Below are positions 36,694-49,898 of a DNA stretch of 64,000 nt, one piece after another. A model generated the notes under the pieces. That model made no database searches, was not told the DNA's origin, and saw only the letters and a program-made list of their open reading frames with translations. The translations under genes and the position numbers were made by a program. Origin of the DNA: Chlorokybus atmophyticus (taxonomy: Eukaryota > Plantae > Mesostigma and Chlorokybus algae); contig RHPI01000385.1 of the NCBI GenBank assembly GCA_009103225.1, positions 743,627-807,626 on the forward strand, read 5' to 3'. The stretch's first letter is position 1, and every line of letters starts with the position of its first letter.

Positions 36694-39232
36694 ATGGCGG
36701 GGGCGGCATGTGGGCTGGAGATGGGGGCGGTGTCGCTGTCCTTGTTGAGAACGTCCGGCGCAAGCGCTGCGCCTCGCACCCTGCAGCTGGAGCAGCACAG
36801 GCGGCAGCAGCTGCCGGCCGCGGCGGTGCCTGGGAGGAGGCGGGCTGGTGGGCGGCAGCTGGGTGTGGTCTGCTCTGCGGCGAACACCTTCGGCAACGCT
36901 TTCAGGGTCACCACTTTTGGGGAGAGCCATGGGGGAGGCGTGGGCTGCGTGCTGGACGGCTGCCCGCCGCGCCTGCCTATAACGCAAGCTGAAGTGCAGG
37001 CCGAGCTTGATCGAAGGTGCAGCTAGCTTGAAACCGTCCATGCTCATTCCTTGTCCGTCTATGGTAGTGCATGGCGTAAGGTTGCAGGCAGTGCAACATA
37101 ACATAGTGGACAAGCACACACTACCGTTGCAACACTTCAGTACAGTATGCAAATGCACCACATCGTAGTGTTCTTAGCTTTCAGCTGGTGCATGTGTGCA
37201 TGCGAGAACTTGCTTTGAAGCATGCAGTTGAGGTGTTTCATGCATTTTAGGAAGCCTGGCCAGAGCCGGATCACCACATCCCGAGGCGAAACAGACACAT
37301 GCGAGATCTTGTCTGGAATGGCGGATGGTACGTGCACTTGCAATGGACTGACTATTTGCACCATCAGCAACTCTCTTGCTTTGTTTTAAAATTGTAACAG
37401 CTGGGCTTCAACAGGAGATGTCTGTCGCGAACAACTCTATGCTGTTTGAGTTCATTGCGTGCAGCATCTGACATGTTTTTGCTGTCACGACAGGAGTTAC
37501 ACTTGGAACACCAATCTGCGTGCTTGTGCGCAACAAGGATGCCCGCGGTCAGGTGATGATGCTTCCCTTTGCTTGGTTCACCAGTTTTGCCATTGCATTC
37601 TGCGACAAAGTCCATGTCGCGACAGTGATATGCGCTCGATTCAACAAAGTCTTGAGTCGATGGTCGGAGTCTTGTGTATCAACATGTGTGGCAGAGGTGT
37701 CTGCTCACAGTTGCTGACAGCATGCAATCTCAGGACTATACTGATATGGAGGTCAAGTACAGGCCCTCACATGCAGATGCTACGTATGACTTCAAGTATG
37801 GGGTTCGTGCTGTGCAGGTATGTTTGCATTGTTTACTCTCCTGTTATTAGCAATGAGTAAACACTGGTGAGGTAGTTCACGCAGTACTGGTTCACAGGGA
37901 GGAGGCCGCTCGTCTGCTCGTGAGACGATTGGCAGGGTAGCAGCAGGTGCATTTGCAAAGAAACTGCTGTCCATCATGGCTGGTACTGAGGTAGGGTGGG
38001 AGTCACTTTGGTGTGAGTGCGCAACACAATACGAGGCCTAGGCAGACTACAGTACTAATACATCAATCTGATGTGTCTTGTCTCGGCAGGTGTTGGCTTA
38101 TGTATCCAGTGTGCGGGATGTGCATGCCACCAATGTTGATGACGGCGCTTTCACCTTAGAGCAGGTTTGTATGCCAGTCGTTGCACCATACAAGCTCTGT
38201 GGGCATACTGCGGTCAACATCAGGTCATGCAAGACTGCTGGTCTCACATTGCACTGGCACTCTGTTGGCAGGTGGAGAGCAACATTGTGAGGTGTCCAGA
38301 TCAAGAAGTGGCTGAACGCATGATTGCAGCTATTGATGAAGTGCGCACGCGCGGTGATTCTTGTGGCGGCGTGGTTACGTGTGTGGCCAGGTAGGTTGTA
38401 TGTATTGTATTGTATGTAAGTTGTGATGGTATTAGCCATGGGTGTGGCCCTGGCGCATGTTGTTCCAATGCTAGTCATACTTGGTAGGAATGTGCCAAAG
38501 GGGTTGGGTGCTCCAGTGTTCGACAAGCTGGAAGCTGAGCTGGCAAAGGCTGTCATGTCGCTGCCAGCATCCAAAGCCTTTGAGATAGGTTCTGGCTTTG
38601 AGGGCACACGCATGACTGGCAGCGAGCACAACGATGAGTTTTACATTGATGAAAATGGTGACGTGAGGACGCGCACAAACAGATCAGGAGGCGTGCAGGT
38701 GAGTGGCGCAGTCTGATTCATGTTGGCATACAGTTTGGAGACTAATTCTACACAAATGCAGCGACAGCTGGCCTAGCACAAATTGCCATGGTTGTAATGC
38801 ATTGCCACATGGCAGGGAGGTATTTCGAACGGAGAGAACATAGTGATTAGGGTTGCTTTCAAGCCAACATCAACGATCACAACAAAGCAGAAGACTGTGA
38901 CTCGAGACAGGCAAGAAGTGGAGCTGAGGGCACGCGGGCGACATGATCCATGTGTAGTGCCACGAGGTATGGTTGTCTTTGCCAGTTAGCTCACATCTTC
39001 TGATGCTGTACAGCATCAGAAGTATTACGTGCTGTTGACATGCAATGCAATGCATTGAACATTGTGTTGTTATCTATCTCCAGCGGTGCCTATGGTGGAG
39101 GCCATGGTTGCTTTGGTGCTGGCGGATCACCTTCTGCAACATCACGCGCAATGCCAACTGCTGCCACCCGCAGAGCTGTCTGCACCTGTTTCAGAACTGC
39201 ATGACGTCCCTGAGCCAGCATCCGTTGCATAG
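36694..39232 (+). CDS. aroC: Chorismate synthase, plastid-targeted, 10 exons
   Basis: Transit peptide, then [110 protein letters not shown] and [19 protein letters not shown]. These are the family signature motifs. Confidence 0.97.
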
Positions 39233-39484
39233 CTAAATAGTTAATATGCGAAAGTATGAAGTGTGTACACGTATGCTTATCCTATACATCCATGGCTGGT
39301 TTTTGGTGTGGTGTACTGCTCGCAAGAAAACTATCCACAATTGTCTGATAACGTGCACTGCTTTGGGTGTGGCCCGACTCAAGGATGCTATGGCATCATA
39401 ATAACTGATCGCACATCAAGTGTAGTATGTCTTGAGTGAGAGCAACATGTGGCAGCCCCCCCCCTCCCCCCTCCAATTCATCAT

Positions 39485-39802
39485 GTATCCTAGGCCACAT
39501 GATGAATTGTGTATGCCGCAGTTGCCAGTATGTACGCGCAGCGGCAGCAGGGGTGGACATGTGCCTAACTTAATAATACACATGCACAATGCCAGGTGGT
39601 ACTGCTGCCTCTGAGCCATTTGAAGTGCTGCAACTTCTGCTGACAGTGCTACAGGAGCTGATGCGTACGAAATCATTGGTGCATCCCGCCTCTCACCATC
39701 CATTGGTACGCAGGTCATTGTGTCGATGCGTCCTGTGACACTTGCGCACATCATTTTTGTATAATAGCTAACGGGCTGTGTCGCAAAGCTGCTTTTGCAT
39801 AG
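39485..39802. repeat. Inverted copy of 34169-34486, bounded by a poly-C tract and a single N; probably misassembled
   Basis: Exact reverse complement of 34169-34486; N at 39803. Confidence 0.85.
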
Positions 39803-41044
39803 NTTGAATCCCATGTGCATTGTATCAACAAAATATATAAGAGAACGATATGCTTTTGCAAGCATATCATTTATTTTATACTTTAAAAAACATGCAGCTT
39901 GCACGAGTAGATAGATTGTTAACTCGACCGCACAAGAATGCAATATATGTGGTTGGTCTTATTGTTGCTAGTGGTTGCGCGCCTGCTGCTCGCTCATGAT
40001 GCTGCTTGAGAGTTTAATGTTGACAGTCCTAGCATTGTCTTAGCTATAATCAACTCTGCTTTGTCCCCGAAGCAAACTTAGTCCATGTTTTCGGTTGCTT
40101 GCACATTGTCTACTTGCCGTGCACCATGACCCCCCTGAGATTTTTGAGTTGGCTTTACGCAATTGCTATTGGTTATGTACATTATGATATATTCCAGTAT
40201 TATAACTATTATTGTTTGGGGATTTTATCATTGAGTATTGCTCGCAAACATGATGGATTTTCGTAGAAAGTCGGGACATTGTGAAATAACAATAAGTTTA
40301 AACATCAATACCACTATGAATGGGTCAATGTGCAACCAATTACTACAATCTAAAATATTATGTACATGTGTATGCGCATAACGCAAAGCACACGAGGAAC
40401 CAAAAAGCAATGAGCATTATACGACCAGTATATAACCAGCAACACAGGCAACAACAATGCACAATGCTCAGGGCTGGTCTGGGCGCCTAACAGCTAAATG
40501 TTTGCAATTTAACACCATCTAGACTAGCGAGCAAAACCGATAGCATTCGCATGTAGATACAAATAGGCAATGGAAGCGGCAGCGACATCGGCCAAAGCTT
40601 CCATGATCATCTCCACCTAGAGCGTCACGAGTAGGCATTTGTAATGACGGGGTATGCACTGCAATGCTACAATCCAATAAATTCGTGATGAATGATTTAG
40701 TACAAACCTCATCATTTTGTGTGTGCAAATGTCACAACAACTTGGTCATCATAGCAAAAGCGCTACGATAAGGACAGGCGTCAAGGGTTTATAATCTTAT
40801 TTGTATTTACTACCGCGTGACAATACTTCCGGCGTTAACCCGCGGCTCACTGCCGCGTCTCGTGTACGGAAGCAGAAGTCCAACAGGACTCCGTACTAGC
40901 TAATTACCATAGCCGCGCGATTCGGCGCGCAGCCAAGCGCGGTGCAACCCGCGTGCGATTAAATGGCTGAAAACACCAAAGTATGGTCGCCTTTCTCACT
41001 CTTACGCATGCAGTGAGATTGGAACCCATACCCAAGCTCGCGAT

Positions 41045-42115
41045 ACAAACATCACAGTCACCACCTCAAGGATATGTCAACCACTCACTGAAGTCCATGC
41101 ACCAATGCAATAGCCCCGCAGCCCCAACTGACAGGTAGCACAGAGGTAAGCATGTGGCATGTCCTCATGAGCTCCCAAAGCCAAGCGATCTTCACAAAAA
41201 ACCCTCCGCTCTAGGCGGGTCACGTTGAGCTGCAGTACCATCAACATTACAATGTGGAACACCTGTTTAAAAGAGGCTTGCTACTAGAGGCTTAACCAAT
41301 GCGTGAGCATGCTTTATGCCCTGAAGGATGCAGCCACACATGCACATGTGCACAATATTGTGCATGCACACAGGCTTTACACATCCTTAACATGTAAGAG
41401 GCATACACACATCCACTAGCAGTGTAACGTTACTGTCACGGACAACTAAGTAATAACGCCGCAATGGCCGCAAAAGCACACTTCGTGCTTTTGTGGCCTA
41501 GTGGTTTGTTACGTTGGTATCGGAGCTTGAGACCGAAAAGGTCATAAGGTCGAAACCGCCCGGCGGCGGTAGACTAAGAAGGATTTTGAGGTTGTTGTTA
41601 TCAATCCATGATGGGTCGCACGTCAATGCGCGACTTGTTGGACGGCAGTCTAACATTCTGACGCGTTCCACTGTTCGGTAACGAGAAGCTCTGTATAAAA
41701 CTCACATCTAATGAGGACATTAAATATCTAAGTGGGGGGGAATGTTACGGACGATAAAATCATAACGCCACAATGGCCGCAGAACACACTTCGTGCTTTT
41801 GTGGCCTAATGGTTTGTTACAGTTACAGCATGCACATGCACTTGAATGCATGCAAAGCAATACACAAGGCAGAACCAACTAGGCAGGGGTTGTCTACAAC
41901 AATAGGTAGAGGGAGGCGCCTTTTCTTTGGTGCAGGCGTCGACCACAGGATAAACACCTCAAGCCCTAAGTAGACCACCTAAAAACGCCCCCACACAGGA
42001 GGGTAAGGAAGGCCCCTCGAACAGCTAAGCCAAGCACCCCATTCACACGGCAATTAAGCCCCAAGCTGAGTTTAAACTGAACTCCCAACACCATGCTAGC
42101 TTAGCCTGTTATACT
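41045..42115 (+). mobile_element. Copy 3 of the ~1-kb dispersed repeat family, interrupted by a TRIM insertion
   Basis: Homologous to the reverse complement of 21682-22450 on both sides of 41434-41821. Confidence 0.55.
41434..41821 (+). mobile_element. TRIM (terminal-repeat retrotransposon in miniature), 388 bp
   Basis: Direct repeats 41434-41513 and 41743-41821 (TGT...AC[G/A], 11 differences over 80 nt). PBS TGGTATCGGAGC at 41515-41526. Polypurine tract AGTGGGGGGGAA immediately before the 3' LTR. 5-bp TSD GTTAC at 41429-41433 and 41822-41826. Confidence 0.9.
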
Positions 42116-43474
42116 CCTCTCTGTTGCCTTGCCACTTGGCCACATGTGAGCTAAAAAGCCATCAACGCCTTTTCGCCTACACTGTGCTGACACATCAGAT
42201 TCCCTTGGCCACACATGTCATCAAGAGACATCAGCATATGCCAACATGGTGTAACACATGTCATATTAGTTATGTTCTGTTTACAAAAGCTATTGTGTCA
42301 TACACAGTGCACTGGTGTGACAGATGTTTCATCCGTAACCAATTGATGGCGTGCTCACTGATCAGCTCTGTGCAAGCTGCTTATCAATGCCAGGTGCAGC
42401 TCATCTTGATTAAGGCTCACAGCACAGAGTCTGACTGTATGAGCGCACCACTTATGTACTGCACACACCCAAGCCGTTTCACACCCATGCAATCATGCTG
42501 TAGACATAGCATTGCTATGACAGCTGAGAGCGATTGTAACTTGCCTGTTAGGCGTGACAGCGATAATATAATAATTGTTATGATTGAATTTACAACTACA
42601 TAAGCTTTTCATGTTGTCAATATACACGAGATTATATAGCTGAGAAGAAGATGACGTTGCCAACATGAACAATTGATCAGTTACAATGCGTCATTATGTA
42701 GATGAGGACTTTATTATATTACAGCTACGCTTCAAAGTTGACATTCACCATTTCATGCACTATGATTGCGAACCTGCGCTGACACAACCGTACCGTTGCC
42801 CTCTCTGCCGCAAGAGACAGTCAGTGTGCGGCTAACCGTGGCTGTTGCGCTCCGACCACCGCCCGCCGTTCGATGCGCCAGATTCCACTTTTGCAAAGGC
42901 GCGACCAAGTGCTCACCGTCGGATAAACAAACACGGTCACACGCATTAGCTGGGTATTGTAGATATCTACAAACGTTTGCATGTTGGCGCTGTTAGACTA
43001 CGCCGATGTCGCGACGTAAACTGTTCGGTTAAGCAGAGCGGGACTTTTGCTCCTTTTGGGGCATGAACGGCATTACTGGGGAGGTTGTCCTGCACTGCTC
43101 AGTGCTGCTGAGGGAGGTAAGCGCCGCCGCCGCCCTCGCCTGGCTGTGTGGCAAGCTTGTTGCTCGCAGTGTGCAAGGCTTTACTGTCTCATAAGCTATG
43201 CACGTCTTCTTGCTTTGTTGCGTGAATGCGGGCATGCATGCTGCATGACAGCTTCAACTGACAGTCCAGCTTGAACAACAAGCCTAGCACGTAGCAACTA
43301 GGCTGCTTGCAAGGTTGTTCAGACTTGGTGCCAGCTACACAAACATGTCATGTGCCGCCGTCCTGTGTGTCATGCTTGCTGCATGCGGTTGTCGCTGGTC
43401 TCTTGCATGGCAGTTGCGAGTACACTGTCGAGCGCTAATGTCCGATACTGTCGTTACTGTCTCACAGCTGTTGT

Positions 43475-45112
43475 ATGGGTAACCCAGCCTGCTGCGGTTG
43501 CCTGTCTTCCTCAGAAGCTGCGCCGCCTGCTTCCCAGCCTACAGTAACAGCGACAGCCGCCGCATCCTCCGCTGCTGCGACTGCTGCAAAGCCGGTAGCA
43601 GTTGCTTCTGCTTCTGCAACCGCGGTGAAGCCAGCCCTTACCGCCGCCACTGTCCCAACCACCGTCCCTCCAGTCCCTGAGCCCGCCTTCACCAAGGTGA
43701 GATTGAACGTCAGCAGCCATGTCTACAGCCAAATCAAGTCTAAAACCGCCCAATTACTTACGTGCAATGCAATCAGGCTGAAACCACTAGCAGCAGGAAG
43801 ATGGCTTCCGCTCCACCCAAGATCTACATCATCTACCACTCTATCTGGGGTATCAACTTTAGCTACGCCCTTTCATCGTGCCATGCACTAAGTGCTTGCT
43901 GGCTGGATAACATATTCTTGCTGCAACACATTGCAGGCCACATTCGCACCATGGCCCACAAGGTTGCCGAGGGCGTCCGTGAAGCCGGAGGAGATGTCAA
44001 GATCTTCCAAGTAAGTCCTGCATTGCTGTTGCCTACATCACAACTACAATAAGATTTTCTACATGTCATGTATTTGGTAAACTGACCATTGACTTAATCT
44101 GGACCTGCATGAACCACTTTACGCTGCTCATACCTCGTGACCTTGCAGGTGCCTGAGACGCTGCCACAGGAAGTTCTAGGTAATGTCCAGTTATGTCCAC
44201 ATGCTTAACCTCTAGTAGCAAGGTGGTTGTTCAGCTTGGCATCTCTGACACTGTGTACTTGTCACAGAGAAAATGCATTCTGCTCCCCGTGGTGATGATC
44301 CAACCATCACCACTGAGCAGCTGACTGAGGCAGACGCTTTCCTGTGGGGCATTCCAACTCGCTATGGCATGATGTCTGCTCAGTTCAAGGTGCGTTGTGG
44401 GTAATCGTTGTGGTGTCGTTCAGCACGATGTGTGCGGTAAAGCTGTGCAAGTCTAATGCATTGTGGACATGCAGAGCCTTATTGACTCCACGGGTCAGCT
44501 GTGGCAGCAGGTATGCTTGCGCTGGCGTATCGTCATATGCTGTGTTGTATCCACCAGTCACTATACCATCCATATATACTTCCTTCATCCCGTTCATGAT
44601 AGTCATGTTGGTGCAGGGTGCATTGGTTGGCAAGCCAGTTGGCATCTTTTTCTGCACCTCTAGCCAGGGTGGAGGCCAGGTAAGAACCTTACCTAATATT
44701 GTACGGTACTGCATTGCAGGACTTGCTTTGTCTGCACTCATAAAACAATTGCGTATGTAGGAAACCACCGCGCTTACAGCGGTGACCCAGATTGCGCATC
44801 ATGGCATGATCTTTGTTCCTATGGGTTACACAACCCCGGAGGTTTTCAACATGGACGAGATTCATGGCGGCTCTGCTTACGGTGCAGGCTCATACACCAC
44901 TCCTGCTGGAACGGTATGTGATGCAGCCCCAGGCAAAGTTTTTGCATCACACATACTGACAAGTAAAAGAAGAGTAGCCACATGCCAGTGCTCATGGGGT
45001 GCCTTATGCGCAGCGCATGCCCACTGAGCTGGAGTTGGCTATTTGCAAGCACCAGGGTTCTAGCTTTACCAAAACAGCCGCAGCGCTGAAGAGAGGCCGG
45101 GAATTGGCGTAA
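43475..45112 (+). CDS. wrbA: Flavodoxin-like NAD(P)H:quinone oxidoreductase (WrbA/FQR1 family) with N-terminal acylation-type extension, multi-exon
   Basis: [24 protein letters not shown]...[55 protein letters not shown]...QGGGQ-ETTA...[11 protein letters not shown]...[24 protein letters not shown]. Stop at 45110-45112. Confidence 0.93.
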
Positions 45113-46108
45113 GGTCAGCATGCCTATCCCTAGACTAAGATTCAGGAAACCACCTGCGCATTTTACGTCAGGACGTCAGTGTTGCATGTACCCCTTTATA
45201 CATATTCCGTTTGCATTATCTTCCATCTCGGCTGATTGCGGTGCTCATCTTGCTGGCAATTGAGTGCAAAGTGTGATAGTATAGTTGGTTCAGTCTCGTA
45301 GTGTATTAAGATGTGCCATGCGCATGGCGTGCCTGTGATGGTTGCAGCGGTACCACCACCAATCAGCACAGGTGTCCAACACACATTTGCCATGGAGTCC
45401 CTTTATCAAGTCTACATACTTTTCTCGTTGCTGCCTGAACCACGTTCACAGTAAATTACACGCACGCCACCAATGTTGCTTTGGCTGTAACTGCTGCGAT
45501 TAACTGCCTATGTGTGTGACGATCTAAGCCGCAGACACCTTGGCCCACATATTGCTTGCTGCTGTATGCTGCACTTGTATACATACAGCAGCAAGCCCTG
45601 TGGTGCTGGATTAGGCTGCACACAGTCAGTTGCACAGTCTTGCCTTGGATGTGCTAGTGCCTTTGCATATGTAAACATAGACATACACTCTTATGTTATG
45701 TTATGCATTAAGCACGCCATGCATTGCACTTATACACAAGCAGCAGGTGCATACACAAAGCACGTTGGGGTTAGACAGGCAAACATGCAGACAGTCATTT
45801 ATGACAAATCGATGTCAACAACAACACGCAGGAAGTTGACCCAAAGCCCCTAGCATATGCATAAGCAGAGACAGTGACTTCAGCATTCATTCATTCATTT
45901 AGCAATCACACAACACCACAACAATTATGCATGGGGTGCTCTGGACAATGCAGCGTTATTCGATCTGCTGCTAGATGCCTGCCAAAGGGAGAGAGCTGCG
46001 CTCCATTATGCAGTACCAAATAATCACCTCAACCTCCGCAAACACATGTTTGATCCATCCATAACTTGCACTTGAAACAATTAAGCCACCACCCTCACCA
46101 CGCCAGTG

Positions 46109-49100
46109 TCACTGTTGCGTCTGCAAATCTCTTAAAAGTACAACTGGTCCAAAATACTTGCGAGCTGGGATGTTTTTCGCTGCATCAATCGCCTGCAACG
46201 CCTCCTTCCTTCTGCTGTCGTTCAGCCCTGCTTGTTGCGTGGCCAACAGTGTGCTGTAGTATTTGCCAGCAATCAGTGTGCACGCGCGCATCAGATACTG
46301 CACCGCGTCCAAGTGGTGAACGGAAGGGGGCAACTCGTTCAAGACCTTCCTGGCGTTGGCAATAGTTGCTTCTGCCTCCTTAAGTGCCACGGATGAGGCC
46401 TGTGCATTGCGCTGCTTTCGGGCCACAACCATGTCGGCTTCAGCGGAAAGCAGCAGGGCCTTGACAAGAAGGAGACGCGGCTGAATGTGCACAAGTGACG
46501 GCAGTGAAGGTGACTGCATGGCTTCATCCTGCAGAAGCAAAGCATGCAATGTTGACTGCTGATCCAGCTGCTGTCAGTGCACAATCATAATATATCTATG
46601 CACATGAAGTAGCACCCCTATGTATCAAGGATGACTCCAAACATGCACAATGATTGACTCCAAACATGGATATTGTTGCTAGGTCCTGTGGGCCACGTAA
46701 AGCGGCTTGAGAGTACCAGATGTACTCTTGTACGCAGCATCGTATATTCACTGCCAATGACCGCCCATATTGTACTGCGACCTCAGCAGGCCCACGACAC
46801 CATACATTGTTATGACATGATCTCCTGGAAGCAATGCCTGCACAATTCCGAAGAACGCATGCCTTCATTTGCGCACGCATTGTGTCACAAATGCCTCATG
46901 CACCCACCTGCCCTGCCCTCACAGACGAAGCTGATTCTGCCAAGTCCGCTGCACCCCTGAGCACTTCGCGCGCGCGCCCCGCCAACCGCAAGCCCTCTTC
47001 CATGCCCGCATCCGGACTCGCCGCTGCGTCCAGCTCAACCAGCGCAAGCCAGATGAGGGTCTCAGGCAGCTGTTGGAGGGAGCGTTGGCTAAGAACCGAA
47101 CCTTTCACAGGCATTCCCAACTGCCACCCCAACAACACCCTCCACACGGTTTCTCACCTTGAGTGAGAAGGGTTTGAGTTGCCCCTTGCGGATATCCAGA
47201 CACGACTGCAGCAGTGCGCGGGCCTCGTCCAAGCAGCTGCGCCCTCCTCGCAGATGCAAACAGGAAGCCAGGTTTTCTTGCGCTGTGGCTGTGCTCAGTG
47301 CCTCCGTGCCCTGCACAACGGCCACCACACTTGTCTGTATGTCATTCCTCAACCTGAACCATGTACCACCTTGCAACACATGGTTCAGTCAAAGCAAGGT
47401 TTGCAGAATAGGTCTGCCCAGATTATTTGTTAGATTGTAGCGATAGCTTCCCGAAGCGGGAAACAAGTCGATAGTGACACATTACCTCCTCATTCTTTAC
47501 CAACTCAAGCACTTTTCGCAGCCAAACCTCCGCTTCTTCAAGCCGCTCCGCCTCAATAAGCAACTGAGCGAAGGAAGCCCCTAACGCTGTTAGACAGATA
47601 CATGTGTAACATGTGGCTGTAACACGCGTGCATTTACAAAACACCTTTCAGTGCACTGTAAAAATGTTACAAGTGATACCTCAGCGAGACGGGATGCTCT
47701 CTTCAGCAGCACCTTTGGAGTTGTGCCAGCATTCTGCAAGCAGAGTTGTCTCATGCATGGCACAACAGCCTTCTCTGATAGATAGTCACAGCAGCCAGGC
47801 CTGTGCACAGACCTCAAGTACTGTCACAGCTTGCATCATCTTGTCAACTGCTTCGGACAGATGACCTGCTGTTTGACTTGTGCCCCGCCCATGCGATTGC
47901 GCAATACCCAACACGTAAAGCTGGTAGTAGACCTGTTCAACAGTGGAATAATTTGTCAGATAAAACGGCGTGTTTTGCCTGACAGCATAACTGTGTAATC
48001 TTGCTGTGCAGTCACCTCAGCGCAATGAAACAGCGTGCTCGCGTACTCTCGATGTGATGTCCCAAATGTTGTACCCTTGATCTGTGCAAGCCATCTTGTC
48101 AATATGTATGTTGCTAATACACGCAGTAGGAGACTGTGCCTGTGCGTACCTTGAGTGCGCGCTGTTCAACAGGCACGTCCCACAAAGATACATGCGAGGC
48201 AAGAGCAAGGTTGAGACCAAGTGCATGACAAATGTAGAAAAGGAGACAATTGTAGAAAAGCACATTTTGCCCGGTGAGGACACCGGACAGGGTGTTGTGA
48301 TAGGTCCAACATGGAAAGCACACACTCATAGGAGCATTGTGTATGTGCGCGTGCATGCCTGTGTGGCAGAACTTTGAGCACTGCACTTACCTGGTAGCAA
48401 TCAAGGGCGCGGTCGGGAAAACCCTGAAGCAGGTAGAAACCCCCAAGGTTGTGCAGAGCAAGACCTAAGCTGACGGACAAGAAGATAAATGCAATATGCA
48501 CTATTATGCGATGCGCGTGCCCACAGACTTCACTGCCAACCTTTGATGACTGGGACCGCAAGCAGTGGTCAGCCTCTCAATAGCTTCACGATATAGCGGC
48601 TCAGCCTTGTCATAATCCTTCTGGACTCTATACAGCTCAGCCTGCACCCCAACGCAACACCACAACCGCATTGAAACACGTGCCCATCCAGGCACACACA
48701 TGCATGCACGCTCACATGTGCACATGTGCACACACAAACTGCTCACAAGGTTGTTGCAAGCGGCGGCGACATGGGGGTCGGCGTCCCCAAAACCATCTCT
48801 CGCCTCCTGCAGAGCACGCGTGAGGTACCGCTCAGCCTCGCCCAGGCGGCCCTGCGTGTAGAGTAGGTGAATGTGGCGAACGCATGGGTGGGAGGCGGAA
48901 CAAAGGGGTTGAGTTGGTTGGTTACGCGGCGCCCAGATTGGTACACAAGAGCAGTTGAGAATGTGACATGCTCATCAATGCACATGAGTGAATAACGACA
49001 AACACCGTACGACAACTAGTAAAAAACATGGGCTGCAGGCATGCACCACAGCTGTTCACACGTACGTACCGTGTGTGAACAGCTGGCCTCATGCTGAAAT

Positions 49101-49898
49101 CACGCGGACAACGTGTGTTGTATGCAAAGATTGGTTGCTACTGCTTGCAAGTACCTGCGAGAACAGGTCTGTTCCAACATCCGTGTACACACGCCAGCGC
49201 GCGGTGTGGCTGTTCGACGCGGCGGGCTGCTGATCTTTGATGTTGACATTGAGCTTAACGTCAACGTCTGTGTTGCTATCATTGTCCTCTTGCTCTTGCT
49301 CGCGTGCGACAGCTGCTGCCGTCGCCAAAACTATGCAGTGAGACGGTTCAGCTTGTGCTCAATTGTGCACACTCTTGATGATGCTTGAACTGCTCAGAAG
49401 TATAGAAGAATTGTTTCAATTCGGTGTTCGTCAAAAACGATGTCTTGCTTGCATGCACGTATTGAAGACCGCCGTCAGCGCCTTGTTACTGGTGATGATG
49501 CTGCTGATTGCAAGCACTAGTAACCAGGACACTGCACATAAACTTACGAACACATTGAATTTGTTTTTTTCCTTCGGTTCGTTTGTCTGGTCGGTTGGTT
49601 GGTCGTTCACTGTTGAGTGGTGTACCCGTCCAACGGAGTGTATTGCACAGTAGCAACGTGCTCACTTCATGAACTTACATGCAGGGGCGAAAGCGATTGG
49701 CGCCCTAGCGTTGCCGCCGCCTCGCCTCCCTCCTCCTCCTCCTGCTGCTGCTGCTGCTGATGATGCTGATGTTGCTGCTGCCCATTCCGCGGCAGCCGTC
49801 GCCAAAGACAGCGAGGCTTGCGCAGGGCAGCAGCGCTGAAAGGCGGCTGACCACACGCACCACCTAGCGGAGGTCGCCGCCGTCATCCGCAACGCCAT
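46109..49898 (-). CDS. TPR (kinesin-light-chain-like repeat) protein, plant-type, probably organelle-targeted; intact copy A, multi-exon
   Basis: SNSHTARWRVYTDVGTDLFSQ-GRLGEAERYLTRALQEARDGFGDADPHVAAACNNL-AELYRVQKDYDKAEPLYREAI...LHNLGGFYLLQ...CYQ-RALK-IKGTTFG. Traced exons stay in frame to the stop at 46109. Confidence 0.85.

Noticed and set aside
41527-41575. tRNA gene inside the TRIM
   Set aside because: Only a T-arm-like fragment is present; no D-arm/A-box or acceptor stem could be folded.
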